From: Anthoceros angustus
Lineage: Eukaryota; Plantae; Anthocerotophyta
Direction: 5' to 3'
Length of the DNA: 64,000 bases
Assembly (NCBI GenBank): GCA_010909165.1
Contig: MU008158.1
Span: 494,581 to 558,580, forward strand
Shown here: positions 59,317 to 64,000 of the stretch, in pieces
How positions within the stretch are numbered: position 1 is the stretch's first letter
Layout of the letters: each line of letters opens with the position of its first letter
Notes under the pieces: generated by a model
Told to the model about the DNA's origin: nothing
Database searches by the model: none
Seen by the model: only the letters and a program-made list of their open reading frames with translations
Program-made: the position numbers and the translations under genes

Positions 59317-59520
59317 GTCCGTCATCCTAGCGGAAGGAAGGAAGAATTGAGTCCGTCATCCTAGCGGAAGGAAGGAAGAATTGAGTCCGTTATCCCAGCG
59401 GAAGGAAGGAAGTACTGAGTCCGTCATCCTAGCGGAAGGAAGGAAGTACCGAGTCCGTCACCCTAGCGGAAGGAAAGAAGAATTTAGTCCGTCATCCTAG
59501 CGGAAGGGAGGAAGAATTGA
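59288..59520 (+). repeat. 34-bp minisatellite, ~7 copies, starting in the last parvulin codons
   Basis: TCATCCTAGCGGAAGGAAGGAAGAATTGAGTCCG units at 59288, 59322, 59356, 59390, 59424, 59458 and 59492. Confidence 0.95.
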
Positions 59521-59930
59521 AGCAGCTCGCTGGGAAGGCTTGTCATTTAATCGGAGGTAGAGTGCGGGCAGGCGGGCTCAGTAACATTACACCTCCATCA
59601 TCGACTAAGCTGTGCTCCTCTATCCAGACCACACGACACCATAAACAGGCTGACACGGTGGACCGTCCCTATTTTTTGAGCTCTTTGCTGCAGGCTGCTG
59701 ACAAGCCTTGGACATGTGTAGATTCGTGCTCTCCTCAACGGCATGGATTCTATGTATATCGATGTACCCTCAAAAGAAATTTTCCGGTGTTCGTGATTTG
59801 CCAAACTGGACGCTTGAGCCAGTGGCAAGATCCATGACAGCGCGGGATGCGCTCAGCAAACCCCCAGAAAACTACGCCCTTTAAATCATCAGGTATGGCA
59901 CTATGAATGGGGTTTGGGGTTCGTCGTGAG

Positions 59931-62900
59931 CTATCTCCACCTTGTCGCCGTGACCACAAAATCGACTCCCTGTACCTCATCAGTCATGTTTGTCACTGGT
60001 GAGTCCGGATGTGGCACATTGCCCTCTTCCTTGATTTGGGAAAGCATGTCTTGACCTCGCTTTGCCAAGAAACTATGCACCAGTCCGTCCATGTCTGTCC
60101 ACCAACTCTGACCTGGCTGCTTCCATGCCCGGATACCTTTTCTCCTGGCCTGCATCTTTTCTGCCTGCTCCCACATCTGGGCACCGGTGTATATGCTGGA
60201 CATCAACACATACGCAGCTGCATCGTTCTTTTCTAGCTGCACTGCCTGGTTGAAAGCGTCGCGTCCTACCTCCACGTTGCTCCACTTTCGACAAGCACTC
60301 AACAGAGTGTGCCACACTGCAGCATTAGGCAGTACAGGCATTGTCCTTACCAAAGCTAGTGCCTCGTCCAGTCGGCCTGCACGGCCCACGAGATCCACCA
60401 TGCATGTGTAGTGATCTGCCGTGGGGGTGATGCCATAGTTGCTCATAGCCTCAAAGTACTCTTTCCCCTTGTTCACCAGGCTCGCGTGATTGCACACTGT
60501 TAGCAGACTCAGGAAGGTGATACTATCTGGCTGCAGGCCATCCTCTTCCATTCTCTGCACCAAGGTGAAGACCGTTTCACTATCTCCTTGACAGGTGTAG
60601 CCCGCAACGAGTGCACTCCAGGCGACAGTGTCTCTTTCGGGCAATGCATCAAATACCTGTTGTGCGTCTACCATGCTCCCAGACTTCCCATACATGTTTA
60701 TTAAACTGCCAGCTATGATCAGGTTAGCTTGAAGCCCTTGCTCTTCAATTCGTGTGTGTAAGCGTCTTCCCAGATGCAAATCTGCCACATTCGCACATGC
60801 CTGCAGCAGGGTCACAAACATCACCGAATCAGGTTCAGTCATCTTTTCGTCTTGCATTACACTGTAAAGTCGAAGGGCTTCCGGACCCATGCCCTGCTGA
60901 GAATATCCTGCGATTATGGTATTCCATGTCACAACATCTTTCTGGCTAAGTCTGTCAAACACACTCCGAGCATCTTCCAAGCTGCCACACTTTGCATACA
61001 TATTCACCAAACTGTTGGCCACAAAGACATCAGCCTGATGTCCTCGTTCTTTGATCTGCACATGAAGCTGCCTTCCAATCTCCAAAGCTGGCGCGCCCAC
61101 ACCTGCACATGCCTGCAGGAGAGACACAAATGTCACAGAATCAGATATGGCCACGCCCTCTTTTTGCATAGCACTGTAAAGACGAATAGCTTCCTGCCCC
61201 ATCCCCTGCTGGGAACACCCTGCTATCATGGCAGTCCATATCACCGCATCTTTCTGGCCAAGTCCATCAAACACTCTCTGAGCGTGTTCCAGGCTGCCAC
61301 ACTTTGCATACATGTTCACCAAACTGCTAGCGACAAACACATCAACCTCATGTCCTCGCTCTCTAATCTGCGCATGAAGTTGCTTCCCGATTTTCAAAGC
61401 TGAGCTGCCCACACTTGCACATGCCTGCAGGAGGCATGCAAATGTCACAGAATCAGGTACAGCTAAGCATACTTTTTGCATAGCACTGTAAAGACGCAGG
61501 GCTTCCTGACCCATGCCCTGCTGGGAGTATCCTGCTATCATGGCAGTCCAAATCACAACATCCTTTTCAGCACATCCGTCAAACACTCTCTGTGCATCTT
61601 CCAAGCTGCCACACTTTACATACATGTTCACCAAACAGCTGGCAATAAACACGTCAGCTTCATGTCCTCGTTCTTTGATTTGTGCATGAAGCTGTTTCCC
61701 CTTCGCCAAAGCTGGAGCACCAACACCTGCACATGCCTGCATGAGGGACACAAAAGTCACGGGATTAGGAGCAGTCATGCCTTCTTCTTGCATTGCAGTG
61801 TAGAGACAAAGGGCTTCCTGCCCCATGCCCTGCTGAGAATATCCAGCAATTATGGAATTCCATGTCACCACATCTTTTCGGCCAAGTCCATCAAACACTC
61901 TCTGAGCATCTTCCAAGCTGCCACACTTTGCATACATGTTCACCAAACTGTTTGCTACAAACTCATCAGCTAGATGTCCTTGCTCTCTAATCTGTGCATC
62001 AAGCTGCTTCCCAAACTCCAAAGCGGACATGCCAATGCCTGCACATGCCTGCAGGAGGCACACAAAAGTCACGGAATCGGGTAGAACCATGCCGTCTGTT
62101 TGCATATTACTGTAGAGACGAAGGGCTTTCCACCCCTTCCCCTGCTGAGAATATGCTATCATCATGGCATTCCACGTCACCACATCTTTGCAACCAAGCT
62201 TGTCAAACAATCTCTGAGCGTCTGCCAAGCTGCCACACTTTGCGTACATGTTCACCAAACTGTTGGCTACAAACAAATCAGCTTCACGTCCTCGTTCTCT
62301 AATCTGAGCATGTAGCTGTCTCCCCTTCTCTAAAGCTGGGGTTCCTATACTTGCGCATGCCTGTAGGAGGCAAACAAAAGTCACTGAATCAGGTATACTG
62401 TTACTTTCTTCTGCCATAGAAGTGTAAAGACGAAGGGCTTCCTGACCCATGCCCTGCTGAGAATATCCTGCAATCATGGCATTCCACGTCACGACACCTT
62501 TTCGGCCAATCACATCAAAGACACTCTGAGCATCTTCCAAGCTGCCACACTTTGCATACATGGTCACCAAACTGTTGGCTACACACTCATCTGCCTCAAG
62601 TCCCTGTTCTCTAATCTGCACATGAAGCTGCTTTCCGATTCCCAAAGCTGGGTTTCCCACACATGCACATGCCTTTAGAATGCACACAAATGTCACAGAA
62701 TCAGGTACAGCCACGCCTTCTTGCATAGCCCAGAAAAGACGAATTGCTTCCTGCCCCATGCCGTGCTGAGAATATCCTGCAATTATGGCATTCCACATCA
62801 CCACATCCTTCTGACCTAGACCATCAAACACACTCCGAGCATCTTCCAAGCTGCCACATTTTGCATACATGTTCACCAGACTGTTGGCTACAACGTTATC

Positions 62901-64000
62901 AGCTTGATGTCCTTGTTCTCTAATCTGCACATGTATCTGCCTCCCCTTCTCCAATGCTGGGGCCCCAAGACGTGCACACGCCTGCAGGAGGCACACAAAA
63001 GTCACGGAATCAGGTGTACTGTTGCCTTCTTCTCCCATAGCAGTGTAGAGACAAAGCGCTTCCTGTCCCATGCCCTGATGACAATATCCTGCCATCATGG
63101 CATTCCACGTCGCCACATCTTTTCGACCAAGTCCATCAAACACTCTCTGAGCATCTGCCAAGCTGCCACACTTTGCATACATGTTCACCAAACTGTTAGC
63201 GACTAATACATCAGTTTGACGCCCTTGTTCTCTAATCTGCGCATGAAGCTGCTTCCCCAGCTCCAAAGCTGGGATGCCCTCACTTGCACATGCCTGCAGG
63301 AGGCAGGCAAATGTGATGGAATTGGGTACAGCGCCGCCTTCTGCTCGCATAGCCCTGTAGAGACGCAGGGCTTCCTGAGCCATGCCCTGCTGGGAATATC
63401 CTGAGATCATGGCATTCCAGGTCACCACATCTTTTTGACCAAGTCCGTCAAACACTCTTCGAGCATCTTCTAAGCTGCCACACTTTGCATACATGCCCAC
63501 CAAGCAGCTGCAAACGAACAAATCAGGCTCAACACCAATAGCCAACACATCAGCATGCAGCTGCTGCCCAGTAATCAAGTCTGCTCCCCTTGCACAAGCC
63601 TGAAGGGCTGCCACAAACACATGCCCATCTGGCTTCACACTTGACCTGCGCATGCTATGATACAGTTGTATGGCTTGCTCGTCTTCTCCTTGTTTAACAT
63701 ACGCAGAAATTAAAGACGACCACATGAAGGCATCCGGTGTGGCAACCATGGTGAACACATCCATCGCATCTTGCAACCTGCCATGGGAGGCATACATTCG
63801 CAGGATGTGGTTGCAGATGAACGTGTCCGTCCCGTGTCCCGTCTTCACCGTGAAGGCATGAATGCGGCGACCCAGAGCAACATCCTTCTTCAGTACACAT
63901 TCTTTCAGGACCGTATAAAAGAGAGATCTGGAAACGCAAAAGTCCGTCTCCACCAAAACTCCCAAGGCCTCAACAGCTTCAGCGAGATGGCCTTGCTCAC
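59931..64000 (-). CDS. PLS-class PPR protein with E domain and WW-type PG box; 5' end lies beyond the window
   Basis: Highly similar P-L-S triplets; HYTCMVDLVGRAG; AAAYVLMSSIY; WKQPGQSWW..VHSF; reading frame open to the window edge. Confidence 0.93.
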   Translation of the reverse strand, partial: EQGHLAEAVEALGVLVETDFCVSRSLFYTVLKECVLKKDVALGRRIHAFTVKTGHGTDTFICNHILRMYASHGRLQDAMDVFTMVATPDAFMWSSLISAYVKQGEDEQAIQLYHSMRRSSVKPDGHVFVAALQACARGADLITGQQLHADVLAIGVEPDLFVCSCLVGMYAKCGSLEDARRVFDGLGQKDVVTWNAMISGYSQQGMAQEALRLYRAMRAEGGAVPNSITFACLLQACASEGIPALELGKQLHAQIREQGRQTDVLVANSLVNMYAKCGSLADAQRVFDGLGRKDVATWNAMMAGYCHQGMGQEALCLYTAMGEEGNSTPDSVTFVCLLQACARLGAPALEKGRQIHVQIREQGHQADNVVANSLVNMYAKCGSLEDARSVFDGLGQKDVVMWNAIIAGYSQHGMGQEAIRLFWAMQEGVAVPDSVTFVCILKACACVGNPALGIGKQLHVQIREQGLEADECVANSLVTMYAKCGSLEDAQSVFDVIGRKGVVTWNAMIAGYSQQGMGQEALRLYTSMAEESNSIPDSVTFVCLLQACASIGTPALEKGRQLHAQIRERGREADLFVANSLVNMYAKCGSLADAQRLFDKLGCKDVVTWNAMMIAYSQQGKGWKALRLYSNMQTDGMVLPDSVTFVCLLQACAGIGMSALEFGKQLDAQIREQGHLADEFVANSLVNMYAKCGSLEDAQRVFDGLGRKDVVTWNSIIAGYSQQGMGQEALCLYTAMQEEGMTAPNPVTFVSLMQACAGVGAPALAKGKQLHAQIKERGHEADVFIASCLVNMYVKCGSLEDAQRVFDGCAEKDVVIWTAMIAGYSQQGMGQEALRLYSAMQKVCLAVPDSVTFACLLQACASVGSSALKIGKQLHAQIRERGHEVDVFVASSLVNMYAKCGSLEHAQRVFDGLGQKDAVIWTAMIAGCSQQGMGQEAIRLYSAMQKEGVAISDSVTFVSLLQACAGVGAPALEIGRQLHVQIKERGHQADVFVANSLVNMYAKCGSLEDARSVFDRLSQKDVVTWNTIIAGYSQQGMGPEALRLYSVMQDEKMTEPDSVMFVTLLQACANVADLHLGRRLHTRIEEQGLQANLIIAGSLINMYGKSGSMVDAQQVFDALPERDTVAWSALVAGYTCQGDSETVFTLVQRMEEDGLQPDSITFLSLLTVCNHASLVNKGKEYFEAMSNYGITPTADHYTCMVDLVGRAGRLDEALALVRTMPVLPNAAVWHTLLSACRKWSNVEVGRDAFNQAVQLEKNDAAAYVLMSSIYTGAQMWEQAEKMQARRKGIRAWKQPGQSWWTDMDGLVHSFLAKRGQDMLSQIKEEGNVPHPDSPVTNMTDEVQGVDFVVTATRWR

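Noticed and set aside
59288-59520. 34-bp repeats as a CRISPR array
   Set aside because: Head-to-tail units without spacers, derived from the parvulin coding end

Overview
Gene-dense, small-intron land-plant nuclear DNA. Long PLS-class PPR genes with a WW-type PG box point to a hornwort/lycophyte/fern lineage, and the compactness favours a hornwort (inference). In order, the window holds: a degenerate repeat/transposon block (1-8.6 kb), two PMEI-PME pectin methylesterases, a MITE, a tRNA-Leu pseudogene, VPS22, PTRHD1, a PLS-E+ PPR, an F-box protein with a large insertion, UBA1, an intronless SMC3 followed by a 1.25-kb tandem duplication, a DUF3783-like gene, a LENG1/CIR-N gene, an AT-rich relic region, tRNA-Arg(CCT), two single-domain DUF26/Gnk2-like genes, a CRE-like retrotransposon relic, VPS34, a parvulin, and a second PLS PPR running off the window end. 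The standout is a 10-exon gene model (44743-47767) that splices an ASIL/SIP1-type trihelix DNA-binding domain plus a putative NLS in frame onto a full adenylosuccinate-lyase fold. Its catalytic signature loop is remodelled (GSSTMPHKVNP to [11 protein letters not shown]) while the nucleotide-binding motifs are kept, making it a candidate purine-nucleotide-sensing transcription factor built from a pseudoenzyme. All exon models were derived by eye from GT-AG sites and homology, and some homopolymer indels look like long-read consensus errors.
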